64,000 bases of DNA from Sandaracinaceae bacterium (GTDB lineage Bacteria; Myxococcota_A; Polyangia; Polyangiales; Sandaracinaceae), in contig JBGAQA010000027.1 in assembly GCA_044220955.1 (NCBI GenBank), positions 13,056-77,055 on the forward strand. The letters run 5' to 3'. This document shows, piece by piece, positions 49,692-59,382 of this stretch. The notes under the pieces were generated by a model. That model was not told where the DNA came from. It saw only the letters and a program-made list of their open reading frames with translations, and ran no database searches. The position numbers and the translations under genes were made by a program. Within the stretch, counting starts at the first letter, position 1. The number at the start of each line of letters is the position of its first letter.

Positions 49692-50699
49692 TCAGCAGCC
49701 GTCGTAGACGTAGCCGCTCGAGCCAGCAGGCACGAGGTTCAGGTCGCGCAGCACGATCGAGCTCGATGGGTACGCGCTGCACCCCGTCGCGAAGTCGCCG
49801 CGGCGATACTCGATCATCAGCACCTCGTCGTAGCCGCCGAGGTACACGTCGCACTCCGAGTAGCGGTTGCACTCCTCGGCGACGACGAAGTCCGTTCCCA
49901 TCTCGGCGCGACGGCCGACGATCTCGCTCGCGTTCTTCTGGGCGATCGCGAGGCCGGCCGCGTGGGCGCGGTCCGCGAACATCCGGACCATCCGCACGTT
50001 CTCGTCCTCGGTGACCAGACCCATCGAGCGCGAGTACGTATCGAGGTTGTCGATCTCGACGGCGTCGAAGCCGTCCGCCGCGCAGCCGTCGATCCACGGG
50101 CCGATCACCGCCATCACCTCGCCGCGCGTCGCCGGCGTGCGCGTGTCGAGCAGGATCTCGTTCCAGTCGGCGTCGATGACCGGATCGCCCGCCGCGTCGC
50201 GGAGGATGGCGCTCGGGTGATCGCGCATCCACATCGCCTGTTCGCCCGGCTGGATCTGGAAGCCGTTCACGTAGCAGATGTTGTAGAGCCCGCTCGCGGG
50301 CGCCTCGGTGCGATCACGCGAGACGATCGTGACGCCGGTCGGGGGCGCGTAGGCGCCGCCCAGCTGGTAGTCGAGCGGGCCGTTCGCGGGCGGCAGGACG
50401 AAGGCAGGGGGGGTGCCTGTGTCGGTCGTGCCGAACGCGTCGATGGCAGAGGCCGCGTCGTCGCCCGTCGCAGCGTCGTCGCCCGGGCCAGCGTCGTCGC
50501 CTGGGCCAGCGTCGTTGCCTGGGCCAGCGTCGTTGCCCGCGCCCGCGTCGGCTCGGCTCGCAGCGTCGTTGCCCGGCCCAGCGTCGGCACCGCCGCTCGG
50601 GGACGAGCAGCCCGAGAGCGAGAGCGAGAGTGAGAGTGAGAGCGAGAGTGAGAGCGAGAGTGAGAGCGAGAGCGAGAGTGAGAGCGAGAGCTTGCGCAT
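49692..50699 (-). CDS. GH114 endo-alpha-1,4-polygalactosaminidase-like lipoprotein
   Basis: DYQLGGAY, ICYVNGFQIQP, GFDAVEIDNLD, AQKN, VAEEC; LSGC lipobox; TGATG coupling with the amylase gene. Confidence 0.88.
   Translation of the reverse strand: MRKLSLSLSLSLSLSLSLSLSLSLSLSLSGCSSPSGGADAGPGNDAASRADAGAGNDAGPGNDAGPGDDAGPGDDAATGDDAASAIDAFGTTDTGTPPAFVLPPANGPLDYQLGGAYAPPTGVTIVSRDRTEAPASGLYNICYVNGFQIQPGEQAMWMRDHPSAILRDAAGDPVIDADWNEILLDTRTPATRGEVMAVIGPWIDGCAADGFDAVEIDNLDTYSRSMGLVTEDENVRMVRMFADRAHAAGLAIAQKNASEIVGRRAEMGTDFVVAEECNRYSECDVYLGGYDEVLMIEYRRGDFATGCSAYPSSSIVLRDLNLVPAGSSGYVYDGC
50613..50690 (-). repeat. Hexanucleotide microsatellite (CTCTCG/CTCTCA)x13 encoding (LS)13
   Basis: 78 bp of GAGAG(C/T) units on the + strand. 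Confidence 0.95.
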
Positions 50700-52486
50700 C
50701 AGAGGCCTCCGACGAGCTGATCCATCGGCACGAGCAGCCGCGCCTGGTGCGGCGCGACCATCACGTCGAGCGTGCCGCCGCCCGACACCGTGAACGTGTC
50801 CCCTCCCAGCGCGTCGACGAGCATCGCCCCGGCCGGCGCGATCACCGTCATCGTCGTCGTCCCGTCGGTCGTGTGCGCGGCGTGCCGCGACTGCGTGTTG
50901 ATGACCGCGAGCGCGTAGTCACCCTCGGGCGTCGCGCGCTCGAAGGCCACGACGCCGGCGTCCATCTCGTCCCCGACGTGATCGGTCGTCCAGCGGATCG
51001 TCAGCGACCCGTGGGTGAGCGCGCGATAGGCGCGGCGCATGCGCGCGAGCCGCGCGATCCACTGGAAGGTCGGTCCATCGGTCCGGTAGCCGGACCACCA
51101 GAGCGGCTCGCGGTTCGCGGGGTCGTTGCCACCCGCGAACTCCTGTTCCGTTCCGTAGTACACGCAGGGGATCCCGTCCTCCATGAAGAGGTACGCCAGC
51201 GCGGCGTGCAGCGCGTCCACGTCCGGCTGCTCGTAGAGAAAGCGCGGCACGTCGTGGTTGTCGATGAAGTTCACCAGCGCGTCGCGCGGACGCGCGCCGA
51301 TGCCCATGTCCTGCGGCGTCGTGCCGAAGTGCGCGTCGCGCTGGCCGTAGAGCGTCTCGATCGCGCGCGTCGGGCCCTCGAGCTGGAACACGTCGCGGAA
51401 GACCTGGAACTTCTGCGAGAAGTAGAAGACCGAGTCGAGCATCCCCGGCTGCGTGTAGTGGCCGATGAGCGCGTCGTCGCCGTCGAACGCCTCGCCGAAC
51501 ATGAAGAAGTTGCGCTTGCCCTCCGCGGCGAGCCGCCGCCGCACCTCCGGCGCGAAGAAGTTCCAGAAGCCGTCGTCGACGTGCTTGAGGGTGTCGATGC
51601 GGAACCCGTCGATGTCGGTCTCGAGGATCCAGTGCACGTACGACTCGACCATCGCCTGCTGCACGCGCGGGTCCTCGGTCGCGAGGTCCTTGAGCCCGCC
51701 GGGGAAGTCTCCGTAGAGCACCTGCTCCCGGATGCCGTAGTCGGTGACGCGCCCGCGACGGTGGTACGCCGTCGGGTCCGCGAAGATCGAGGGGCTCGGC
51801 AGCACGCGGAAGATCTCCGGCATGTCGAAGAAGCGCACCGGCGCCGGACCGCTCTCGCCGAGCGAGGTGTAGCCCTGGATGCCGCGCGGGTCGTAGTCCG
51901 GGTCGTACTCGCTCGTGCGCGTGACGGGCGAGCGCGTGCCGGAGCCGATCACCTGCTCGTCGGGCTGACCGTTGCCGTTGATGTCGTAGTAGAAGACCTG
52001 CCCCATGTGGTTCGTGACGATGTCGAGGATCACGAGCATGTGGCGGTGGTGCGCCTCGTTCACGAACGTCCGGAGCGTCGCGAGGTCGCCGAAGTGCGGG
52101 TTGAGCCGCTCGAGGTCGATCGCCCAGTAGCCGTGGTAGCCGTCGACGCCCGCGTCGGTGTCCACGTTGAGGACGATGGGCGAGATCCAGAGGGCGGTGA
52201 CACCGAGCTCCTCGACGTAGTCGAGCCGGTCGATGGCGCCCTGCCAGTCGCCGCCCTGGTAGCGCGCGAGCGCGCCCGGCTCCACGCGCCAGTCCGTCGC
52301 CGCGTCGCCGTTGGCGAAGCGGTCGGTGAGCATCTGGTAGATGACCTGGTCGCGCCAGTCGCCCGGCGTCCCGTCGTCCTCTGCGTGGGTGGCGAGGTGC
52401 ACGGCGGGGCCGCTCTGCACGCAGCCCTCCGCTCCGCTCGCGAGCACGAGCGCCAGGCACGAGACCACGATCAGAGCGCGGCGCAT
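50699..52486 (-). CDS. GH13 alpha-amylase family lipoprotein
   Basis: IYQMLTDRF.NGD, YHGYW, DIVTNH, GFRIDTLKH, FGEAF, FIDNHD; AEGC lipobox. Confidence 0.93.
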   Translation of the reverse strand: MRRALIVVSCLALVLASGAEGCVQSGPAVHLATHAEDDGTPGDWRDQVIYQMLTDRFANGDAATDWRVEPGALARYQGGDWQGAIDRLDYVEELGVTALWISPIVLNVDTDAGVDGYHGYWAIDLERLNPHFGDLATLRTFVNEAHHRHMLVILDIVTNHMGQVFYYDINGNGQPDEQVIGSGTRSPVTRTSEYDPDYDPRGIQGYTSLGESGPAPVRFFDMPEIFRVLPSPSIFADPTAYHRRGRVTDYGIREQVLYGDFPGGLKDLATEDPRVQQAMVESYVHWILETDIDGFRIDTLKHVDDGFWNFFAPEVRRRLAAEGKRNFFMFGEAFDGDDALIGHYTQPGMLDSVFYFSQKFQVFRDVFQLEGPTRAIETLYGQRDAHFGTTPQDMGIGARPRDALVNFIDNHDVPRFLYEQPDVDALHAALAYLFMEDGIPCVYYGTEQEFAGGNDPANREPLWWSGYRTDGPTFQWIARLARMRRAYRALTHGSLTIRWTTDHVGDEMDAGVVAFERATPEGDYALAVINTQSRHAAHTTDGTTTMTVIAPAGAMLVDALGGDTFTVSGGGTLDVMVAPHQARLLVPMDQLVGGL

Positions 52487-52521
52487 GACCCTCTTGTACC
52501 GCGGAACCGCCCCGCGCGGCA

Positions 52522-52800
52522 TCACGCCAGGCGCAGAGACGACGCGTGGGACGCGATGGTGCGGAAGTCCGCATCGCCGGTGAGCAGTCGTGCGCCGTGC
52601 TCGATCGCGTCGGTCGCGATCAGGAGATCCAGCGTCATGGCCGTCCGGCCACGCCGCGCGAGCGAGGCGCCGAGCTCACCGGCCTGCGCCCAGAGACGGC
52701 CGGCTGCGCGAGGAGCTGGCACCCACGCAGTGCCCCGAGCACCCGGGCGCGATCGGGGGGCTCATGCCCCGGCGCAGCTCGGTGACGATGGGGCCGCGAT
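52522..52800 (-). pseudogene. PIN (VapC-like) toxin remnant
   Basis: GPIVTELRRG in one frame and AGELG..L.RRG...DLLIA..AIEHGA.LLTGDADF in another; no intact N-terminus. Confidence 0.6.
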
Positions 52801-53113
52801 CCGCGTGGGGCAGCGTGGCGAACGTCGTGCACGCCAGCGCCAGCGCGACCGCGGCCAGGGCCACGCGCGTCACGCGCGCGCGCGAGGTCGCCGACTGACC
52901 GAGCGCGCGGCGAGCCCCGCCGAGACCTGCATCGCGGAGCGCGAACCGGCGCGCGCGGCAGGATCACGCGACGTGCGCGGAGCACCGGCCGATCGTCGCC
53001 GACGTCCGGGCCGCGTCCCGGAGGATCTCGACGAGATGGAGCGCGTGCGTCGCGCCATCGTACGCGGCATGGACTCGCGGCGTCGGAGGCGCAGTTCCTG
53101 TACGCTCGGATCC

Positions 53114-54292
53114 GTGCGCATCGCCCGCGTCGTGGCGCTCGGTTCCGCGCTCGCCGGGCTCGCGGCGTGCGAGCCGACGCCGCGCGCACGTGACGCGGGC
53201 GCGACCGATGCGGTGGCGTTCGACCACGACTGCGATCACGACGGTGATGGATACGTCTCGCTCGCGTGCGGAGGGGACGACTGCGACGACGGCGAGGCTA
53301 CGCGGAACCCGGGCGCGCGCGAGATCTGCGACGACCACGACCAGGACTGTCTGATCCCGACCTTCGGAGATCGCGACGCGGACGCCGACGGCTACGTCGA
53401 CCGGCGGTGCCAGCAGGTCGAGTTCGGCCCCGGCAACACCCGGGGCAGCGACTGCGACGACGCGGCACCCGGGACGCACCCGTTCGCCGTCGAGCTCTGC
53501 GACGGAGTCGACCAGGACTGCGACGGGATGATCGACGACGGCGCGATGCGGGCGCTCTACGTGGACCTGGACGGGGACGGCTTCGCCGGCACGGCGCGCC
53601 CCGCGTCGTGCGACACCGTCTCTGCTGCGCTCACCGACTGCGACGACACCGATCCGCGCGTGCACCCGGGGGCGGTCGACGCCGCGCCGAGCGGCTGCGA
53701 CGGTCGTGACGACGACTGCGACGGTGTCGTCGACGATGACTGCGCGTGCGCGCCGCCCGCGACCGAGGCGTGCGGGCCGCTCGATCCCGCGGACCCGAGC
53801 GGATCGACGTTCCTCACGCTCGGCGCTTGCCGCACCGGTGGGCAGTCGTGCGGCGCGACGCGGTGGGAGCCCTGCGAGGGCGCCGTCTACCCGCGGGCAG
53901 AGCAGTGCACGGGCTCCGGGCCGGCCATCGACGAGGACTGCGACGGACTCGTCGACGAGACGGGGCCGCTCGGCCCCTGCGGGTGCGGCACGTACACGGG
54001 GGGCTGGGCTCCCACGACGGTGACGGTGCGCGCCGGCGCGCCGACGCTGGCGCTCGGCCTCGTGCTGACGCTCGTCGAGGGGGCCGCCGCGACGTCGAGC
54101 GCGCCCGCGCGCGCCACGGTGGATCTCTCGTGCGCCGCGACGAGCGGAGCCCTCGGCACGGCGTCCGTCGACACGGACACGCCCTACTACGACGTGCTCA
54201 TCGCGCCGGGTGTCTGCGCGACGCGAATCGCCCTCGTCGAGGCCGACGCCACGCACGCGGTGCTGACGTTCGGTTGGGAGGTCTGCGGCTGA
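53114..54292 (+). CDS. Lipoprotein with putative metal-binding (DxDxDG/DCDD) repeats
   Basis: LAAC lipobox; repeated DCDD....NPGA.E.CD..DQDCDG..DD. Confidence 0.85.
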   Translation: MRIARVVALGSALAGLAACEPTPRARDAGATDAVAFDHDCDHDGDGYVSLACGGDDCDDGEATRNPGAREICDDHDQDCLIPTFGDRDADADGYVDRRCQQVEFGPGNTRGSDCDDAAPGTHPFAVELCDGVDQDCDGMIDDGAMRALYVDLDGDGFAGTARPASCDTVSAALTDCDDTDPRVHPGAVDAAPSGCDGRDDDCDGVVDDDCACAPPATEACGPLDPADPSGSTFLTLGACRTGGQSCGATRWEPCEGAVYPRAEQCTGSGPAIDEDCDGLVDETGPLGPCGCGTYTGGWAPTTVTVRAGAPTLALGLVLTLVEGAAATSSAPARATVDLSCAATSGALGTASVDTDTPYYDVLIAPGVCATRIALVEADATHAVLTFGWEVCG

Positions 54293-54308
54293 GCGCCCGT
54301 GCCGTGTC

Positions 54309-55493
54309 TCACGCAGCGAGCCACTCGCGGATGCGGAGCGAGGGCTTCTCGATCAGCACGTGCATCACGTAGCCCACGGCGAACGAGAGCACGATCGTGG
54401 CGGCGAACGTGCCGAGCCAGACGAGCGCGAGGTGCACGCCGTGGCGCGCAGCGCGCAGGGCGACCGGCACGACCACGTGGTCGAGCAGCGGGATATGCAC
54501 GAGGTAGACGCCGTAGCCGAGCGTCGCCATGCGCCGCCAGATCGGCAGCGAGAGCGCGCGCGTGATCGGCCCGTCGCCGTGCAGCAGGATCGGCACCGTG
54601 CACAGGTACATCACGCTCGTCAGCGTGCCCCAGCAGAAGAGGTGCGTGATCTGCGTGTGCGTGTGATCCTCGCCGAACATCTCCGGGTAGAGCAGGACCC
54701 AGAGGCACGCGAGCGCCGGCAGGGCGAGCATCGCGCGACGGGCCGGGTGCTTCACGAACTCCGCGACGCGATCGCCCCAGCGCGCCTCGACGACGGCGAG
54801 CAGCACGCCCGCCACGATCGAGTCGAAGCGCGTCGGCGTGCGGAAGTAGATGGACTCGTAGAAGGGGATCGGCTCCCACGGGTAGCCGCGCCAGTACACG
54901 AAGAGCCGCGAGGCGAGCCCCGAGAGCGCGAGCAGCGCGAGGAAGATCACGCGCGCGCGATCGGTGGGGAGCTTGCGAAGGATGACGAAGAGCAGCGGGA
55001 CGAAGAGGTAGAACTGCTCTTCGAGGCTGAGCGACCAGCCCCAGAGCATCACGACCTGGTTGCGCCCGAGCGGCGCGAAGTTGGTGAGGTACGTGTACTC
55101 GTAGGGCAGGTGCGCGCGCTGGGCCGCGTTCAGGTGGAACGCGAAGACGAGGATCGTCAGCACGACGTAGTAGGACGGGAACGTGCGGAAGATGCGCCGC
55201 AGGTAGAAGCGCCGGATCTGCTGCGTGCCCGTCGTGTCGATCGAGCGGATGAGGATGGAGCCGATCAGGAACCCGCTGAGCACGAAGAAGCAGTCCATCC
55301 CGAAGAACACCGCGTACGAGCGGTCCACCCACCACTGTGGATAGTGCAGGTTCACGTAGTCGTGGAAGTCCCAGGTCACGTGGATCTGGATGACGCTCAG
55401 GATCGCCAGGACGCGCAGCCCGTGCAGCGCGGGGTAGCGGTTGTCGAGCAGGTCGAGGCCGAAGAAGCCCGGGCGCGGCGGCTTCTCGCTCAT
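54309..55493 (-). CDS. Acyltransferase-3 (OafA-like) membrane O-acyltransferase
   Basis: ALHGLR..AIL.V, FFVLSGFLI, FYLRRIFR, WSLSLEEQFY, YGVYLVH, IEKP. Confidence 0.92.
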   Translation of the reverse strand: MSEKPPRPGFFGLDLLDNRYPALHGLRVLAILSVIQIHVTWDFHDYVNLHYPQWWVDRSYAVFFGMDCFFVLSGFLIGSILIRSIDTTGTQQIRRFYLRRIFRTFPSYYVVLTILVFAFHLNAAQRAHLPYEYTYLTNFAPLGRNQVVMLWGWSLSLEEQFYLFVPLLFVILRKLPTDRARVIFLALLALSGLASRLFVYWRGYPWEPIPFYESIYFRTPTRFDSIVAGVLLAVVEARWGDRVAEFVKHPARRAMLALPALACLWVLLYPEMFGEDHTHTQITHLFCWGTLTSVMYLCTVPILLHGDGPITRALSLPIWRRMATLGYGVYLVHIPLLDHVVVPVALRAARHGVHLALVWLGTFAATIVLSFAVGYVMHVLIEKPSLRIREWLAA

Positions 55494-56713
55494 GCCGCCA
55501 GCCACTGCCGGACGCGGAGCGAGGGCTTCTCCACCAGGATGTGGAGCACGTAGCCGAGCGCCCACGACACGAGGGTCACGACCGTGAACACCAGGGCCCA
55601 GCCGAAGGCGAGCGAGGTGCCGGAGTCGCGGAAGTGCCAGAGGATCGGCATCCCCAGGTGGTACATCACCGGGATGTGCACGAGGTAGACGCCGTAGCCG
55701 AGCGTCGCGAGCTGGCGCCAGATCTTCGCCGAGAGCGCGCGCACGAGCCAGCCCTCGCCGTGCAGCAGCATCGGCACGATCAAGAGGTACATCAGGCTCG
55801 TGACCGCGCCCCAGGTGAAGAGGTGCACGTGCTGCACGTGGTCGTCGCCGAAGAGGTCGGGCCGGAGCGCCAGCCACGCGCAGCCGAGCGCGGGGACGGC
55901 GAGCGCCGCGCGGTGGAGCGGGCGGGCGAGCCAGCGCGCGACCTTGTCGCCGTAGCGGGCCTCGACCACGGCGAGCAGGATCCCCGCGACGATGGCGTCG
56001 TAGCGCGTGAACGTGCGGAAGTAGAGGGCGTCGTAGAGGTCGAGATCGCTCCAGGGCCGGCCGTCCCACCAAACGAGGATGCGCGCGCCCGTGGCCGAGG
56101 CCGCGAGCAGCGCGAGGAAGACGATGCGCGCGCGATCGGTCGGCAGCCGCCGCAGCACGAGGAACAGGAGCGGCACCGCGAGGTAGAACTGCTCTTCCAG
56201 GCTGAGCGACCAGCCCCAGAACATCACGATCTTGTCGGGGCGCAGCGGACCGAAGTTCGTGAGGTACGTGTACTCCCAGATCACGTTTCCGCGCTGGATC
56301 TCGTTGATGGGGAACGCGAAGATCAGGATCGTGAGGACCAGCCAGTACGAGGGAAACGTGCGGAAGATGCGCCGCAGGTAGAAGCGTCGGATGTTCTGCG
56401 AGCCCGTCGTGTCGATCGAGCGCAGCAGGATCGATCCGATCAGGAACCCGCTGAGCACGAAGAAGCAGTCCATCCCGAAGAAGACGGAGAGCGACGCGTT
56501 CTCGAACGTCTCGTTGAGGTCGAGCTCGAACGTCGAGATGACCCACGTCACGTGGTACTGGATGACGCTCAGGATCGCGAGGACCCGCACGCCGTGCAGC
56601 GCCGGGTAGCGGTTGTCGAGAAGGTCGAGGCCGAAGAAGCCGGGCCGCGACGCGGCCGGCTTCGCCCGGGGCGTCGCCAGCGAGGCATCGTTCTGGGCGA
56701 CCTCGGCGGACAT
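55490..56713 (-). CDS. Acyltransferase-3 (OafA-like), paralogue
   Basis: Same motif set; ATGA coupling with the downstream paralogue. Confidence 0.92.
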   Translation of the reverse strand: MSAEVAQNDASLATPRAKPAASRPGFFGLDLLDNRYPALHGVRVLAILSVIQYHVTWVISTFELDLNETFENASLSVFFGMDCFFVLSGFLIGSILLRSIDTTGSQNIRRFYLRRIFRTFPSYWLVLTILIFAFPINEIQRGNVIWEYTYLTNFGPLRPDKIVMFWGWSLSLEEQFYLAVPLLFLVLRRLPTDRARIVFLALLAASATGARILVWWDGRPWSDLDLYDALYFRTFTRYDAIVAGILLAVVEARYGDKVARWLARPLHRAALAVPALGCAWLALRPDLFGDDHVQHVHLFTWGAVTSLMYLLIVPMLLHGEGWLVRALSAKIWRQLATLGYGVYLVHIPVMYHLGMPILWHFRDSGTSLAFGWALVFTVVTLVSWALGYVLHILVEKPSLRVRQWLAA

Positions 56714-56786
56714 TCGGGGCGCGAGTATGCCTCTTCCCGGGCGCGCGGCGCTGGGGCAACATCGCGCCGACTGGAGACTCGAGAGC

Positions 56787-57353
56787 ATGCCCAACCCCGA
56801 TCCGCCCGTTCCGCAGATCGCCGAGATGTTCCCCGGACAAGGCGAGCTACGCGCGACGTTCCAGACGTCGATGGGCGACATCACCGTCAAGCTCTACGAG
56901 GCGGAGGCGCCGCGCACGGTGGCGAACTTCGTCGCGCTCGCGAGCGGCAAGGTGGCGTGGACCGACCCGGCGACGGGAGCGAAGGTCACGCGCCCGCTCT
57001 ACTCGGGGACGATCTTCCACCGCGTGATCCCGAACTTCATGATCCAGGGTGGTGATCCGACGGGCACCGGCCGCGGCAACCCCGGCTGGAAGTTCGGCGA
57101 CGAATTCGCGAAGGGCCTGCGCCACGATCGCCCCGGCGTGCTGTCGATGGCGAACTCGGGGCCCAACTCGAACGGCTCGCAGTTCTTCCTCTGCGAGGTG
57201 CCGACGCCGCACCTCGACGGCAAGCACGCGATCTTCGGCCAGGCGATCACCAACGTCGAGCTCATCGCGAAGATCACCCACGTGGCGACGGGAGCGGGCA
57301 ACCGCCCCGTCGAGCCGATCACGCTCAAGCAGATCGCCGTGTTCCGAGGATGA
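56787..57353 (+). CDS. Cyclophilin-type peptidyl-prolyl isomerase
   Basis: FHRVIPNFMIQGGDPTGTG, LSMANSGPNSNGSQFF, HLDGKHAIFG. Confidence 0.96.
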   Translation: MPNPDPPVPQIAEMFPGQGELRATFQTSMGDITVKLYEAEAPRTVANFVALASGKVAWTDPATGAKVTRPLYSGTIFHRVIPNFMIQGGDPTGTGRGNPGWKFGDEFAKGLRHDRPGVLSMANSGPNSNGSQFFLCEVPTPHLDGKHAIFGQAITNVELIAKITHVATGAGNRPVEPITLKQIAVFRG

Positions 57354-57384
57354 CGAACCCGCTACTGCCCGAGGGCCCGCCTTC

Positions 57385-57783
57385 ATGAAACTCCCCAAGG
57401 TCCGCGATCACATGGACACGACGGTGCACTGCGTCGCGCCGGGCACGCCCATCCTCGACGCCGTCGACTTCCTCCTGGAGCACCACGTGACGGGCGCGCC
57501 CGTCGTGGACGCGCAGGGCCGGCTCGTCGGCATGCTCAGCGAGCGCGACTGTCTGAAGCTGCTCGCCAAGGGCGTGGACGAGGATCTGCGCAACCGCACC
57601 GTGTCCGAGTTCATGATCTCCGACGTCGTCAGCGTCCCGCCCGACATGGACATGTACTGGGCCGCCGGCATCTTCCTCGGCAGCACGGTCCGCCGGCTGC
57701 CGGTGGTCGAGGACGGCAAGCTCGTGGGCGCGATCACGCGCTTCGACATCCTGCGCGTGATCCAGAAGGCCTACCCGCACTGA
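57385..57783 (+). CDS. CBS domain pair protein
   Basis: GAPVVD..GRLVGMLSERD, RRLPVVEDGKLVGAITRFD. Confidence 0.92.
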   Translation: MKLPKVRDHMDTTVHCVAPGTPILDAVDFLLEHHVTGAPVVDAQGRLVGMLSERDCLKLLAKGVDEDLRNRTVSEFMISDVVSVPPDMDMYWAAGIFLGSTVRRLPVVEDGKLVGAITRFDILRVIQKAYPH

Positions 57784-57804
57784 CCCGCTCGGGCGCGGAC
57801 GGGG

Positions 57805-58212
57805 TCAGCTCTCCGCGACGAACCCGAACGCCTTGTGGTGGACGTACACGAGGCGGCAGCGCTCGACGTACGTCGCGTCGTGGATGCGGCCTGCGGGGAT
57901 GTAGCCCGCCTGTCCGCGTTCGAGCACGAGCGGCTCGCCGTCCTTCACCAGGCCCGACGGAGCGCGCGTGAAGAACTGGACGATCATCTTGCCCTCGACC
58001 ACGACGGTCATGTCGTCGCCGGGGTGTGAGTGCGGCGGCTCGGCGGTGCCCGCCTCCCACTGCTCGAGCATCACCTCGGCGCCGTTCGGGTTCGTCGGGT
58101 AGGTCGTGCGGCACGTGAAGCCCGCGGGCGTGCCTGGAACGGGCTCGTGGTGCTGCCAGACGGCGCTGGTCGCGGCGGTCGAGCCGGGCGGGGTGGGGCG
58201 AGGGTCGGGCAT
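57805..58212 (-). CDS. Cupin domain protein
   Basis: PPHSHPG....VVEG and YIPAG.IH; GAGGAG RBS. Confidence 0.85.
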   Translation of the reverse strand: MPDPRPTPPGSTAATSAVWQHHEPVPGTPAGFTCRTTYPTNPNGAEVMLEQWEAGTAEPPHSHPGDDMTVVVEGKMIVQFFTRAPSGLVKDGEPLVLERGQAGYIPAGRIHDATYVERCRLVYVHHKAFGFVAES

Positions 58213-58240
58213 GGCGGGGGCTCCTCGGGGGACGCTAGCC

Positions 58241-58404
58241 GAGAGTGAGCGCGAGGGCGAGGGCGGGAGCGAGGGCGAGGTCGGGCGCGAGAGCGAGAGC
58301 GAGAGCGAGGTCGAGAGCGAGAGCCAGAACGATAGCGAGAGCGAGGTCGAGAGCGAGAGCGAGAGCGAGAGCGAGAGCGAGAGCGAGAGCGAGAGCGAGA
58401 GCGA
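58241..58404. repeat. (GAGAGC)n microsatellite, degenerate at the left end
   Basis: Long run of GAGAGC units. Confidence 0.9.
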
Positions 58405-58870
58405 TTCCCCCGTCTCGCGGAAGCCGTTGCCGCACGCGGGCGGGGGCGAGAGATCCTCGAACCGGAACACGCCCGGCTGCGGCGGACCGAGGTTCGAGCT
58501 CGTGCACAGGTCGAGCACGCGCGCCGTCCGCGAGTGGGGCAGGGCGAGGAAGCGCATGAGGTCGCCGGCGTCGAAGCCCGCCTGCGCGGGCACGCCGCCG
58601 CAGCGCCCCTCGTTGCACGCGAACTGGTCGTCGGGCGAGGCGCCGGCGATGTCGATGTGCGGGCAGTCGGCGTCGACGTTGCAGGTCTGCGCGAGCGTCA
58701 GGGGCAGCCCGGTCATGCCGCCGCTCGAGTCGGCGGTGCTCCACTCGCAGAGCGCGTAGCGCAGCTCGAGCACGAGCGACCCGGCCGCCCCCGTCCCGGG
58801 CGTCGGATGATCTGGAACGAGTCGGCGCGGTCGGTGTGCTGGTCCCAGTACCCGAGACCCTTCTCGGCGA
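58405..58870 (-). pseudogene. Nidogen (NIDO)-like / Cys-rich secreted protein fragment
   Basis: GYWDQHTD..SFQII, ELRY..CEW....SGG, PAQAGFDAGD, LDLCTSSN.G..PGVFRF, CGNG..ETGE; frameshifted and lacks a start. Confidence 0.55.
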
Positions 58871-59012
58871 GGACTCGCCACGCGAGATCCCGCACGCGCG
58901 CGGCTGCGACCTGCGCGAGCCGGTCGTAGCCCCGGAGCGGAGAAGCTCCGAGCACGCGATTGGCGCTGTCGGACCCGCAGCCCGTACGCGCCGCAGGTTC
59001 TTCGACTCGCGC

Positions 59013-59379
59013 TCAGCGGAGGTAGGAGCGCGCCGCCACCTCGAAGCCCTGCTCGACGGTGCACCAGAAGCCATCGGCCGCATCGACGAAGCAGAGCTCG
59101 TACTTCTCGTCGCCGTACTTGAAGAACCCGAGCGTCCACCGGTCGATTGCGAAGTGACGCAGGCGACAGAGCTGCATCGGCGTGTCGATGGCGTCTTCGG
59201 TGAAGGCATCGACGTAGCAGAACGGTCCGCAGCCGCAGCCGCAGCCGCAGCTCGCGGTAGCGTCCCACGAAGGGCTTCGCGGCGTGCGCCTCCAGCCGGC
59301 GACGCACCTCCGCCTTCGTGCGCTCCGGGATCTTCACGCCGCCGCCATCTGGATCGAGAGCCCAACCGCGCACTGTCAT
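59013..59379 (-). pseudogene. Frameshifted hypothetical protein, third gene of the Xis-PIN module
   Basis: AGGAG-ATG start; frame switches at (CTGCGG)4 near 59227-59250 into GPFCYVDA...LCRLRHF...EKYE. Confidence 0.65.
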
Positions 59380-59382
59380 CGG

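Noticed and set aside
38001..58404. CRISPR array from the tandem repeats (15-bp, 18-bp DAG-coding, 6-bp)
   Set aside because: No unique spacers, the repeats are coding or simple sequence, and no cas genes are present
57805..59379. Single 524-aa ORF spanning the cupin, microsatellite and upstream genes
   Set aside because: Chance read-through of unrelated fragments; the cupin has its own RBS and ATG at 58212
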